Below, in pieces: positions 18,948-28,134 of a stretch of 64,000 nucleotides of DNA; position 1 is the first letter of the stretch; every line of letters begins with the position of its first letter. The notes beneath the pieces were generated by a model. The model was not told where the DNA came from. It did not search any database and was given only the letters and a program-made list of their open reading frames with translations. This stretch comes from Myxococcales bacterium (GTDB lineage Bacteria; Myxococcota_A; Polyangia; Polyangiales; Polyangiaceae), in the NCBI GenBank assembly GCA_043747615.1, contig JAYTOU010000033.1, positions 1-64,000 on the forward strand, given 5' to 3'. The position numbers and the translations under genes were made by a program.

Positions 18948-19176
18948 GTGGACGACCACTACCGCGCGCCGACGTGCCCGGCATCGTCCGCGTTCACGAC
19001 GACAGGACGCTGATGTTGCCCGACCGCCGCGCCAACAACCGCGTGGACTCACTCCGCAACATCGTTCGCGATCCACGCGCGGCGTGGTCCTGGCGATCGA
19101 CGCGATTTATTTTCAGCACGTGGACCCGGCGAGCCTCCCGACCCCGGGGCAGACCTTGGCGACGCTGAGCGACGGA
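18948..19176 (+). pseudogene. Internally deleted remnant of a pyridoxamine 5'-phosphate oxidase-family (MSMEG_1061-like) gene
   Basis: Fragments in shifting frames: PGIVRVHDDRTLMLPDRRANNRVDSLRNIVRDPR / VVLAIDAIYFQ / HVDPASLPTPGQTLATLS. Intervening conserved blocks are missing. Confidence 0.7.
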
Positions 19177-19193
19177 CGGCGACCGTGTTCAAC

Positions 19194-20261
19194 TCACGTC
19201 GCGTTTGGGTTTATCGCGGGGTGCTGAAAATACCAGGTGCGCGCGGCGAACTGAACCGGCGGAATTCGCAGCTGCGGGTTGGGATGGGTGCGAAGAAAGC
19301 CAATCGGATTGAACACCGAGATGCCCGAGGCCCGCTCGAGACGCGCGAAAAAATCCATCAGCTCGAGGCCCCCCTTCTCGCTCCATCGGTAGTTCGGACG
19401 GCGCGCCGCACCAGTATCGAGGGCGTTGATGCATCCGGCGTTGTCGGCCGCCCACTCGTTGGCCTGGTTGAGGCCAGGGGCGATGCGTGTGGCGATCTGA
19501 TTGAGCACCGCGAGGTTCGGCCCGCCGTTCATCGCTTGCCCGTTCGCGCAACCTGTGTGGTTCAAATAATGATGACCGAGCTCGTGACCGAATGTGAAGG
19601 CGATGATGTCGTCGAAGATCTCGTGCGCGTGCGAGAGCCGCTGCGGATTGTTCAAAAACTGTGAGGGGATGATGCCCGGCGTGAGCGCGGGACTTCCTTT
19701 CGGTTGAAGGAGTCTCGGCATGGTGACGTTCGAATACGCCTCGTAGGTCTGCGTCCCGAAGAGCTCGTCGGTCGCGCGGGTTTGGGCAATCGCGTCCACG
19801 GCTTCGAGGAGACCTTCGGTTCCCGCCAAGAAAGGCGCGCCCTGCTCGTCGCAACCGGCAAAGGCATTCACTTCGTTCGGATCGGGATCGATCACCAGCG
19901 GGATCCCACGCACCTTGGCCTGGTTCTGCGGACTCAAGTTGGAAATGAGCTCGGCGAGGATGGTGCGGACCTCGGCTTGCCACGCGGCCGCGCCGCTCAG
20001 CGGAAAAAGAAGCGCGCGCCCTTGCTGCTGCGGCAGTTGCGGTGGTGGCAGCTGAGCCGAGGGTTGCTGTGGAGGTAGCTGCGGCTGCTGCTGGGGATAC
20101 TGCTGTTGTTGCGGGTACGACTGCTGCGGGTACTGCTGACCGTACGGGGGCGGGTACGCGGGCGGTGGAGGGTTCGCGGGCGTTTGCTGGGAATTTCCCG
20201 CGCAACCGACGAAGGCGGCGAGAAAGACGAGGCGGTACGGTTTCGAAAATCGGGCGTTCAC
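19194..20261 (-). CDS. M48 family zinc metallopeptidase lipoprotein with P/Q-rich linker
   Basis: Lipobox FVGC, EVNAFA, HELGHH zincin motif, E..AD, THP...R. Confidence 0.88.
   Translation of the reverse strand: MNARFSKPYRLVFLAAFVGCAGNSQQTPANPPPPAYPPPYGQQYPQQSYPQQQQYPQQQPQLPPQQPSAQLPPPQLPQQQGRALLFPLSGAAAWQAEVRTILAELISNLSPQNQAKVRGIPLVIDPDPNEVNAFAGCDEQGAPFLAGTEGLLEAVDAIAQTRATDELFGTQTYEAYSNVTMPRLLQPKGSPALTPGIIPSQFLNNPQRLSHAHEIFDDIIAFTFGHELGHHYLNHTGCANGQAMNGGPNLAVLNQIATRIAPGLNQANEWAADNAGCINALDTGAARRPNYRWSEKGGLELMDFFARLERASGISVFNPIGFLRTHPNPQLRIPPVQFAARTWYFQHPAINPNAT
20040..20170 (-). repeat. Low-complexity coding repeat (YPQQ / PQQQ / PPP)
   Basis: PPPAYPPPYGQQYPQQSYPQQQQYPQQQPQLPPQQP inside the M48 gene. 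Confidence 0.7.
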
Positions 20262-20299
20262 GGTGGGCTATCGTACGACGAGAAACGGTCCAGCGTCAT

Positions 20300-22060
20300 T
20301 CACAAGGTCGCCTTCGACGTGGCTTCGACCGGTACAGGCACCGCGCCACCGAGAGCGCGCAGAGCTTGCGCAAACGCCCTCGCGTCCTGGAACCGATCAC
20401 GCGGCGCAGGAGCGAGCGCGCGCTCGATGACGTCTTGCCACGCCGGCGGGATCTGGCTCAGACCGACCTTCATGCTCGCGCTCCTGGGGACGACTGAGGG
20501 TGCCTGCGGGCCGGCCAGCCACAGCCCGCTCGGCGTCGGAGGCGGCGGCTCGCCCACGAGGCACTCGTAGAGGACGCATCCGAACGCGAAGAGATCGCTA
20601 CGCGCATCGACTTCGCCGCCGACCTCTTGCTCCGGCGACATGTACCCGGGCGTCCCCACCGGAGCGCCCACGTTCGTGATCCGCGTCTCTTCCCACTCGA
20701 CGCGAGCGATCCCGAAATCGAGTATTTTTACGCGCTGCCCGCGATCGGCGGTCGATCGCTCGACGAAGATGTTCGACGGTTTGAGATCGCGATGCACCAC
20801 TCCGGCGGCGTGAACCGCGACGAGCGCATCGCAAATTTCCGTCGCCATTGGGAGGAGCTCCTCCGTCGTCAACCGTTCTTTGCTCCGGACGTACGCGGCG
20901 AGCGATTCTCCCTCGAGGAGCTCCATCACGAGATACGCCGTGCCGTCGGGGAGGTGCCCGTGATCGATCACCTCGACCACGTTGGGGTGCCACGACAGAC
21001 CAAGGGCCTGCGCCTCGCGACGGAGACGATCGGACGCGACGGCGTCGTGCGCTGCGGCCGCGCGCAGAAGCTTGATGGCCACGCGCATCCCGTCGCGCAC
21101 CCGCTCGGCCTCGTAGATGACGCCGCTCCCGCCCGAGCCCATGCGCTGCTTGATGCGGTATTCCCCGGCCACGACGGCGCCTTGAATTTGTCCGGCGGCG
21201 TCGCGTTCGCGCGACTCGCGGAGGGTGATGCTTCGCTCGAGCGCGTGCACGCGCGTGGTCTGGGCGATCGTCTCCGATCGACGAATGCGCTCGCGGGCCC
21301 ATGCCGCACCGAGCAGCGCGCCTGCGCACGCGCCGACGGCGATCGCCGTCACCTCTCCGGCTACGATGGTCGCCGGGACGAGCCAACCGAAGCTCGCAAG
21401 TGTTCCGCCGAGAGTCGCGCCCGCCAGCGTCGACATGGGTGCGCTCGGGACCCTCCAGCGGGCTTCGAACTCCTGCGAGAATTCGCTCTTCGCCGCGGTG
21501 GTCACCCCGCGAGCGACGTCCCCCGGCCCGTAGCCGAAGAGCGCGGGAACAGCGCGCAGCTGGGCGAGGCGAGCGAGAGCGAGGAGGCCATCTTCTTCGA
21601 GGAGCGGATCGTGGGCGAGGTGAACGCGGCCGCGCCAGATTCCGCGCCCGGAGAGGATCGTCTCCCATCGCTCGGTCCGCCCGTATTCGCTGTCTCCCGC
21701 TTCGAGCCGCGCGTACGCGTCGCCGGGAGTCTGCGTTCCGCGAAGCACGCGCATCCAAAATCCGAGGTTGTCGGCGGCGAGCACGTACTGCCAGACGTCA
21801 TCTTTGATCGCCGCGCGCGACGTGACGCTGACGAAGGCCTGCAAGCCCACGTGAAGAAGCGAGATCGGAAGGCCCTTGGTCTCGTCTTCGAGATCCTCGC
21901 CTTGCATGTTGATCGCCTTGAGCCAGGCGTCGGCCGCAAGTGGGCCTTTCTCCGCACGGAGAAAAAGCAGGATCGCTTTCGCCATCGATGCGCTCACCTG
22001 CCCGGCCGGATAGCTCGTACGATTGGCGCTCAAGCTTGGAAAGATAGACTTTTGCCGCAC
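20300..22060 (-). CDS. Membrane Ser/Thr protein kinase with N-terminal putative sensory domain
   Basis: GSGGSGVIY, VAIK, HRDLKPSN, DFG, GTPGYMSPEQ; two TM helices precede the kinase. Start GTG 22060 or ATG 21985. Confidence 0.9.
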   Translation of the reverse strand: MRQKSIFPSLSANRTSYPAGQVSASMAKAILLFLRAEKGPLAADAWLKAINMQGEDLEDETKGLPISLLHVGLQAFVSVTSRAAIKDDVWQYVLAADNLGFWMRVLRGTQTPGDAYARLEAGDSEYGRTERWETILSGRGIWRGRVHLAHDPLLEEDGLLALARLAQLRAVPALFGYGPGDVARGVTTAAKSEFSQEFEARWRVPSAPMSTLAGATLGGTLASFGWLVPATIVAGEVTAIAVGACAGALLGAAWARERIRRSETIAQTTRVHALERSITLRESRERDAAGQIQGAVVAGEYRIKQRMGSGGSGVIYEAERVRDGMRVAIKLLRAAAAHDAVASDRLRREAQALGLSWHPNVVEVIDHGHLPDGTAYLVMELLEGESLAAYVRSKERLTTEELLPMATEICDALVAVHAAGVVHRDLKPSNIFVERSTADRGQRVKILDFGIARVEWEETRITNVGAPVGTPGYMSPEQEVGGEVDARSDLFAFGCVLYECLVGEPPPPTPSGLWLAGPQAPSVVPRSASMKVGLSQIPPAWQDVIERALAPAPRDRFQDARAFAQALRALGGAVPVPVEATSKATL

Positions 22061-23014
22061 ACAGGAAAAGACGATGCACAGGATCCGCGCATCGAGGAGC
22101 TCCGCGCCGCCCTTCGAGCTTCGGTGGCGAAGGCCGCATCGCGGGCATTTCGGCGGGCTGCGGCGATCCGCGGGGATCTCGCAAAAATAGACGAAGCGGA
22201 GATCTTCGCGAGGGGCGCGGCCTGGCTCGTTCCTGCCGCCGCGCGGGCGCCGCGTGGTTCGCGCGTCCTCGTCGGAAGCGATTGGTCGACGGGGGAAGAG
22301 GCGCGCGTTGAGGTGCCGCTCGATCCTGCGCTCTCCCCGCGCGCGCAGGTGGAGGGCATGTTTCGCAAAGCGCGGCGCCTCCGCGAAGGCAAGCCGATCG
22401 CGCTCGGGCGACTCCGCGACGCCGAAGCTCTGCATACCGAGCTCGGGCTCGTGCTCGCGGAGATCGAGCAAGCCTTAGACGCCGACGCTCTCGCGACCAT
22501 TCTCGCGCGTGCCCAGGCGCTCGCTCCGAAAGACTTTGCTCTCCAGCGCACGAAGGCTCGTCCAGCGTCAAAGCTCCAAGGGAAAAAACCGCCCTTTCGC
22601 ACCTTCGTCGGCAAAGGTGACGTTCGCATTCTCGTCGGTCGCGGAGCAGCGCAAAACGACGAGCTCACCTTCCAGATCGCCCGCCCGCATCACCTGTGGC
22701 TTCACGCCAAGGGAGACACGGGGGCTCACGTCGTCGCATGGATCGGCAAGGGTCACGACGCGACCGGGGAGCTTCTCGTCGACGCCGCCCACCTCGCGGC
22801 GCATTTCTCAGATGCGCGCGGGGAGACGCTCGTGGAGATCACCCACGTGGCGCGGCGCTACGTGCGAAAACCGCGGCGCTCGCCGCCGGGCCTCGTGGTG
22901 GTCGATCGCGAGAAGGTGATGACGCTTCGGGTGGACGCAGCGCGGCTTGCCGCTCTCCTGGCGACCGAGGTGGAGGCCGACCAGCCTCCGTCGTCCCTTT
23001 CACGGCGAAAGTGA
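22052..23014 (+). CDS. NFACT RNA-binding (DUF814/RqcH-like) domain protein lacking the NFACT-N domain
   Basis: VPLDPALSP..FRKARR, ILVGRGAAQNDELT, LWLHAKG..GAHVV, DAAHLAAHFS, YVRKP..PG.V. Start uncertain (TTG 22052 or GTG 22124). Confidence 0.85.
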   Translation: MPHTGKDDAQDPRIEELRAALRASVAKAASRAFRRAAAIRGDLAKIDEAEIFARGAAWLVPAAARAPRGSRVLVGSDWSTGEEARVEVPLDPALSPRAQVEGMFRKARRLREGKPIALGRLRDAEALHTELGLVLAEIEQALDADALATILARAQALAPKDFALQRTKARPASKLQGKKPPFRTFVGKGDVRILVGRGAAQNDELTFQIARPHHLWLHAKGDTGAHVVAWIGKGHDATGELLVDAAHLAAHFSDARGETLVEITHVARRYVRKPRRSPPGLVVVDREKVMTLRVDAARLAALLATEVEADQPPSSLSRRK

Positions 23015-25545
23015 GCTATGCAAACCGCGTGCGGCTACTCGAGACGATTGGTCGATGGCTCGGACGGGTGGAGGTGGTCCTCGCCGGTGCCGACGACACG
23101 CTCAGGTCCGGCGAAGAGGCGCTGAAACAAGGCGATTTCATGCGTGCGCGCTCGTTTGCCCACGCGGTCCTCGGGCGGCTGCCGGGCTCGCCGCTCGGAC
23201 TAGCGCTCCTCGCCGATGCGTGTGAGCTCGGTGGTCTCGACGCGGAGCTCGCGCTCACCCTCGAGGAGCTCGCCAAGCGCGTGGCCTCGCGCGCAGAAGT
23301 TTGGGTGCGTCTCGGTCGCGCGCGGCAGAAGACGGGAAGCAATCTCGACGAGGTGCGCGAGGCGTACGTGCGCGGGCTCGCAGTCGCAGAGGCCGGAAGC
23401 GAAGCCCGGCGGGAGGCGCTGCTCGCGCTTGCCGATCTCGATCTAGAGCAGGGAGATGGCGCGCGCGCGGAGCTCTGGCTCGAACGCACTGCAGCAGACA
23501 AATCTGCCGACGTCGTCCTGCGACGTGCCGAGGCGCGCCTCGCCCAGCGCGACGTAGACGGAGCGCGCAAATGGATCGAAGCTCTCGACAGCGCTCCAAC
23601 CGACGCGCGCGCCGCGATGACCCGAGGGCGGGTGCTCGCGCTCGCGGCCGATCCGCTCGCGTTCGCCTCGATCCTTCGCGGGTACGTCCTCGAGGCGCCG
23701 GGAGCGAGCGAGCTGCTCTCGTCGACGCTGGCCTGGATCCCGAGCGACGAGCTGACGCGCGGGCGTGTACGCACGGTCGTCGAAGAGCGGGGAGAAGCAG
23801 GCCTTGCCCGATGGCGCGCTGCTTTTGCGAGGGCCGACGGTCGACCCAATGAGGCCCGGGCTGCCCTCCGCGATGCCCTCGCTGCCGGCGACGCGTCGGC
23901 CGCGCGCCCCCTCCTCGATGCGGCCCTCGACGATCAAGACGACGGCGCGCGCGTCGATGCGCTCGCCAAGCTCCCGGCCGACGCTGCGAACGATCCGATG
24001 CTCGCCGACGCGCGCCTCCTCCCTTCCGCGGAGGACATCGGGAGCGCGGAAAAGATCGCGGCGTGTCTCGACGCTCTCAACGACGTGAAGACCGAGCGCG
24101 TTCTTCCGTGGGCCCGCGCGCTCCGAAAATCGGCGATGCGGACGTGGGTCCCTTCGGGAGGCGCACCCGCCGCGTGGTCGCCGCTCCTCGCCCGTCTCGA
24201 CGTGCATGCGCGCGCGCTTCACGATCTCGAGGCGACGTCCCAGATCGCGTCACTTGCCGCTGAGCGCAGTCGTCCGGTGCGCCTGGCAATCGTCGGCGAG
24301 TTCAACGCCGGCAAGAGCACGTTCATCAATGCGCTCATCGGAGCGGAGATCGCCCCCACCGGTGTCCTCCCCACGACGGCGACGCTTCATCATCTTCGCT
24401 ACGCCCAGGACGCCATCGCGCGCATCTTCTTCGAGCCCGGGCACGCCAACGCGACGGAGCGGATCGTTCCCATTGGCGAGCTCCGCGCTACGCTGAAGAA
24501 GATCGAAAACGAGCCGATTCGTCGGGTAGAAATCCTTCTTCCGATCTCGTCTCTCACCCGAGTCGAGATCATCGACACCCCAGGCTTCAACGCGCCCGAT
24601 GCACGCCACACCGACACGGCCCGGGCTGCCTTCGAGGAAGCCGACGCGGTGATATGGCTCCTCGACGCCGCCCAGCCGCTCAAGCGCACCGAGCGGAACG
24701 TCCTCGAAGAGGCGAAGGCCGCGGGCATTCCCGTGCAGATGCTGGTCAACAAAGCCGACCGTCTGAGCACCGATGATCTGGCGAAGGTGATGGAGCTCGT
24801 TGTCACGTCGCTCGACGAGATCGGTCTCGCTTCGTGGAGCCCTCCCCTCGCCATGAGCGCGCGCCTCGCGCTGGAAGGTCGCCTGGGAGATGCTGCGGCC
24901 CTCGAAAAATCACGCTGGGGCGCGATCGAAAAGCTCCTCGACCAAGAGATCATCGCCCGGAGTGCCGAGCTGAAGGAGCGGGCGCTTCGCCGGCGCGCTT
25001 CGAAGATCGTGGGTGAGCTAGCGGCTCGCGCCTCGGCGCTCGCGGACGAAGAAGCAACGCGCATAGCCATCGATGCCGCGCGCACCCAAGCCCTCGCTCG
25101 TGCTGCGGCGAAGATCGATCGCGACGGCGAAGATGCGGCGAAGAAGCTCGCGCAGTCGCTGGAGGGCGCGGCGAAAGCGTGGGAGCGAGATCTCGACGTA
25201 GTGGTGACCGGGCTCGATCGGGAGGCCGCGGCCGCCGATCCGATCCTCGCTCGCTACCGCGTCGACCGTGCGCTCGCTCACCTCGCGCCGGCTCTCGCGA
25301 GCGGGCTCGCTGCGCTGGCCGAAGGCACCGCGCTCACCCCGCCCGATCTCCTTCCGCTCGCGCGCACCCTCGTTCGTCAGACCGCATTTTTCGAGGTCGG
25401 CACACGCGCCGCCACGCCGCTCGCCCGGGCCGCGCTCGCCTCGCTGGTGGAGTATTTGAGCGCTTTGGCGATCGTAGCGCCCCACGCGACCCGCGCCGGC
25501 GGCTTGAGAACCGAGCTCACGGCGCTGGCAGAAGCTCTTGCCTAA
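23011..25545 (+). CDS. TPR-repeat + bacterial dynamin-like GTPase
   Basis: G1 GEFNAGKS, G2 PTT, G3 DTPG, G4 NKAD; N-terminal TPR-like helices; GTGA overlap with the NFACT stop (alternative GTG 23029). Confidence 0.87.
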   Translation: MSYANRVRLLETIGRWLGRVEVVLAGADDTLRSGEEALKQGDFMRARSFAHAVLGRLPGSPLGLALLADACELGGLDAELALTLEELAKRVASRAEVWVRLGRARQKTGSNLDEVREAYVRGLAVAEAGSEARREALLALADLDLEQGDGARAELWLERTAADKSADVVLRRAEARLAQRDVDGARKWIEALDSAPTDARAAMTRGRVLALAADPLAFASILRGYVLEAPGASELLSSTLAWIPSDELTRGRVRTVVEERGEAGLARWRAAFARADGRPNEARAALRDALAAGDASAARPLLDAALDDQDDGARVDALAKLPADAANDPMLADARLLPSAEDIGSAEKIAACLDALNDVKTERVLPWARALRKSAMRTWVPSGGAPAAWSPLLARLDVHARALHDLEATSQIASLAAERSRPVRLAIVGEFNAGKSTFINALIGAEIAPTGVLPTTATLHHLRYAQDAIARIFFEPGHANATERIVPIGELRATLKKIENEPIRRVEILLPISSLTRVEIIDTPGFNAPDARHTDTARAAFEEADAVIWLLDAAQPLKRTERNVLEEAKAAGIPVQMLVNKADRLSTDDLAKVMELVVTSLDEIGLASWSPPLAMSARLALEGRLGDAAALEKSRWGAIEKLLDQEIIARSAELKERALRRRASKIVGELAARASALADEEATRIAIDAARTQALARAAAKIDRDGEDAAKKLAQSLEGAAKAWERDLDVVVTGLDREAAAADPILARYRVDRALAHLAPALASGLAALAEGTALTPPDLLPLARTLVRQTAFFEVGTRAATPLARAALASLVEYLSALAIVAPHATRAGGLRTELTALAEALA

Positions 25546-25572
25546 AAGGCTCTTTTGAAGCACCACGACAGG

Positions 25573-26043
25573 ATGCGACCCGCAGCCTTTTTTGTAGGGC
25601 TCATCATTCTCGTTTTCGCGGGCTCCGTCTCGCCGGCGAAGGCCGACATCCTGAACGTGACCGGCGGTGACGTCGCGGTCCAAGCCGACAAGCTCGAGGT
25701 AGACGTCGTCGCCGGTGAAGCCGTGCTCACCGGAAATGTCTCTCTCGCCAAGGGCGGCCTCCACGTGGCGTGCCCAAGGATCGATCTGAAGTTCGACACC
25801 ACTCCTCACATGAGCTGGGCTCGCGGATCGGGCGGCGTGGTGGCGGACGTGAAAGGGGTCCACGCGGAGGCACCGGAGGTGGAGGTCGATCTCCTTCGGC
25901 AGGTGCTGGATCTCCGCGGAGGCGTGCGTCTCACGCGCGGCCAGGGTTGGCTCACTGCCGACAGCGCGAAGATCGACATCGCCACCGGCAAGGTCGTCCT
26001 CACCCAGGTCAAAGGATCCGTTCCGGTCCCGCCCAAGCCTTGA
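25573..26043 (+). CDS. lptA: LptA/OstA-family beta-jellyroll periplasmic protein
   Basis: Signal peptide; VQADKLEVD..AVLTGNV..ARGSGGV..LRGGVRLTRG pattern; directly upstream of an LptB-like gene. Confidence 0.75.
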   Translation: MRPAAFFVGLIILVFAGSVSPAKADILNVTGGDVAVQADKLEVDVVAGEAVLTGNVSLAKGGLHVACPRIDLKFDTTPHMSWARGSGGVVADVKGVHAEAPEVEVDLLRQVLDLRGGVRLTRGQGWLTADSAKIDIATGKVVLTQVKGSVPVPPKP

Positions 26044-26056
26044 CCGAGACGCGATC

Positions 26057-26794
26057 GTGACGCGCAGGATCGAGGCCAAGGGCATTCGCGTCGAGCGCTC
26101 ATCGAAGGTGCTCCTTCGCAACGTGAACGTACACGCCGACGCCGGCGAGGTGCTCGGTGTCCTCGGCCCCTCCGGAGCCGGGAAATCAACCCTCTTTCGC
26201 GCGCTCGTCGGGGAGCTTCACGCCGGTGCCGGAACGGTGACCCTCGACGGCGAGGACGTGACCCGCTGGCCACTCTGGCGACGCGCGCGAAAAGGCGTGG
26301 GGTACATCCCGCAGACCCCGAGCGTGTTGTGGGATCTCACGGTGCGCGCGAACCTCGAGCTCTTTCACCGCGTGACCTTCGGAGAGGACGGCGATTTCGC
26401 AGCCGCGGCAGTGCGGGTGGATCTCGCGAAGCGTCTCGACGTGCGTGCAGGAGAGCTCTCCGCGGGGGAGCGTCGCCGCTTGGAATTTGCGCGGGCCATT
26501 ACCCGGACGCCGCGCGTACTCGTGTGCGATGAGCCCTTCAGCGGCGTCGATCCTGCTGGCTCGGAGCGACTGGCGGAGCTTCTGAAGGAGCTCGCACTAC
26601 GCGAGAACGTGGCGGTGCTTCTCGCCGATCACCACGTGGCCGAGGCGCTTCGAGTCTGCACACGGGCGATCCTTTTGCTCGACGGCGCAGTGGCCGTGAT
26701 GGAGGAGCCTGGCGCGTTCGAAGCGCATCCGCTCGTGCAGGGCCGCTACTTGGGCACGTGGAGGCGGACGATGCCGCCGCCGCTCGTGAAGTGA
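26057..26794 (+). CDS. lptB: LptB-like ABC transporter ATP-binding protein
   Basis: GPSGAGKS, RARKGVGYIPQ.PS, LSAGERRRLEFAR, DEPFSGVDP, DHHV. Confidence 0.8.
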   Translation: MTRRIEAKGIRVERSSKVLLRNVNVHADAGEVLGVLGPSGAGKSTLFRALVGELHAGAGTVTLDGEDVTRWPLWRRARKGVGYIPQTPSVLWDLTVRANLELFHRVTFGEDGDFAAAAVRVDLAKRLDVRAGELSAGERRRLEFARAITRTPRVLVCDEPFSGVDPAGSERLAELLKELALRENVAVLLADHHVAEALRVCTRAILLLDGAVAVMEEPGAFEAHPLVQGRYLGTWRRTMPPPLVK

Positions 26795-26846
26795 CACGAG
26801 TTTCGCCTTGTGGTGCTACAAGCGTAGTCGTGGGAGAAGGACGGTC

Positions 26847-27302
26847 ATGAAACTCCAAGGGTTGGCGTTGGTGATGGCGATGGTCACAGGATGCAGCAGC
26901 TCCTCAACGGTCTCGTCGGGCGCCGACGGTGGAAGCGGCGCAGATGCGACCACGGATGGACCGAAGGACGGCGCCGCGGGAAACGATGCTGCCGTTGAAG
27001 CCGGACCGGCGGGCACATGCGGACTCACCTTCGACTGGCGCGTCCGGAATCCGCCCGGCGGCAGCACCGCCGCCGAGTGCCAAGCGGGCCTGGACCAAGA
27101 CTGCTGCACGCAAGAGATGGCGTGCGCGGCAAGTGCGGACTGCAAGCAGATGCTGCAATGCGTAAACGCGTGCCCGTCCCCCAGGACGGATGCGTGCCTG
27201 ATGGCATGCGAGAGAGACGCCGGCCAGAGCGAGTTCTTGGCTGTCGGTGACTGCAGCAAGAACGCGGCGCCTCACCTCCCCGCTGCGTGCGTATTCCCGT
27301 GA
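26847..27302 (+). CDS. Small Cys-rich lipoprotein
   Basis: MKLQGLALVMAMVTGC lipobox, D/A/G linker, ECQ..DCC..MACAASADC..CVNAC..C..AC motif typical of Polyangiaceae. Confidence 0.75.
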   Translation: MKLQGLALVMAMVTGCSSSSTVSSGADGGSGADATTDGPKDGAAGNDAAVEAGPAGTCGLTFDWRVRNPPGGSTAAECQAGLDQDCCTQEMACAASADCKQMLQCVNACPSPRTDACLMACERDAGQSEFLAVGDCSKNAAPHLPAACVFP

Positions 27303-27407
27303 CCGTACGTCGATCCCGCCGCCGCAAGACGTAGTAGGCGGCCTCGAACGCTGAAAAATCGAGGCGCCGATGCGGCGCGTAGGCCTCGTTTTCGAGGTGA
27401 CGGATGG

Positions 27408-27483
27408 AGGCTGCGCTGGCTCAGCGCCAGGATCTGCTTCACCAGCTCCGTCGCGCGGACGCTTGCCAGATCGAGCGTGATGC
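27408..27483 (-). pseudogene. Possible short histidine kinase (HisKA second helix) remnant
   Basis: Intergenic minus-strand translation LDLASVRATELVKQILALSQR resembles the ..RA.DLVKQILAFSR motif of NtrB-type sensor kinases. Confidence 0.35.
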
Positions 27484-27486
27484 TCG

Positions 27487-28029
27487 CTAGTTCGAGAGAT
27501 CGACGTCGACCCGGCGATCGAGCGCGAACGTCGCGTCGTCGATGCCGACGGCGTCGAGCTCGCCGCGCGACGTGGTGTTCACACGGTCGGGCTGCACACC
27601 CATGTCGTGGAGGAAGCGGCGGACCGAGTCTGCGCGTGCCTCTCCTAGGCCCATGTTGTATTCGCCTTCGCCGCGTGCGTCTGCGCGGCCGGTAAGCGCA
27701 AGGCCGCGGCCCTTGAGAGCACCTTCGCTCAGGCATTTCGCGAGCGCACCGAGGAGCGCTCGGTCTTCGTCGGCGATGCTCGACGAATCATAGTCGAAGC
27801 TCGGCGGGACCTGCGTCTTTGGGAGCCCGCACGCGCGCGCGATGGCCTCGGAGATGTGAAGCCCATTGGTGTCGATCGACGCGTCCGGTGCGGGCTTCTT
27901 GTCCCACTGGCTGTTCGACGCGGTCGCCAACGGCACTTCGGATTTTTTTGCGGCAGCCTTGTTCGCGGCGCAGCCCGCAGAAGAGAGTCCAGCAAGAGCA
28001 AGCACGAATAGCGACGTCGACAGTTTCAT
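27487..28029 (-). CDS. OmpA/Pal-family peptidoglycan-binding lipoprotein
   Basis: Lipobox SAGC; FDYDSS, GRADARGEGEYNMGLG.ARADSV, SRGE, DRRVD. Confidence 0.9.
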   Translation of the reverse strand: MKLSTSLFVLALAGLSSAGCAANKAAAKKSEVPLATASNSQWDKKPAPDASIDTNGLHISEAIARACGLPKTQVPPSFDYDSSSIADEDRALLGALAKCLSEGALKGRGLALTGRADARGEGEYNMGLGEARADSVRRFLHDMGVQPDRVNTTSRGELDAVGIDDATFALDRRVDVDLSN

Positions 28030-28134
28030 GGGGGTTCCCTTCGTAGGATCGATGTCTCCCCCGGTAACGTGCGGCCGCCGCATGGGCCAAATTTCCCGCA
28101 GGCGCGCCGCAAGTGAAGATGTTATGGAAGCGCC

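Noticed and set aside
20627..22051. Apparent long N-terminus of the NFACT ORF (795 aa)
   Set aside because: Antisense shadow of the Ser/Thr kinase; it does not resemble NFACT-N.
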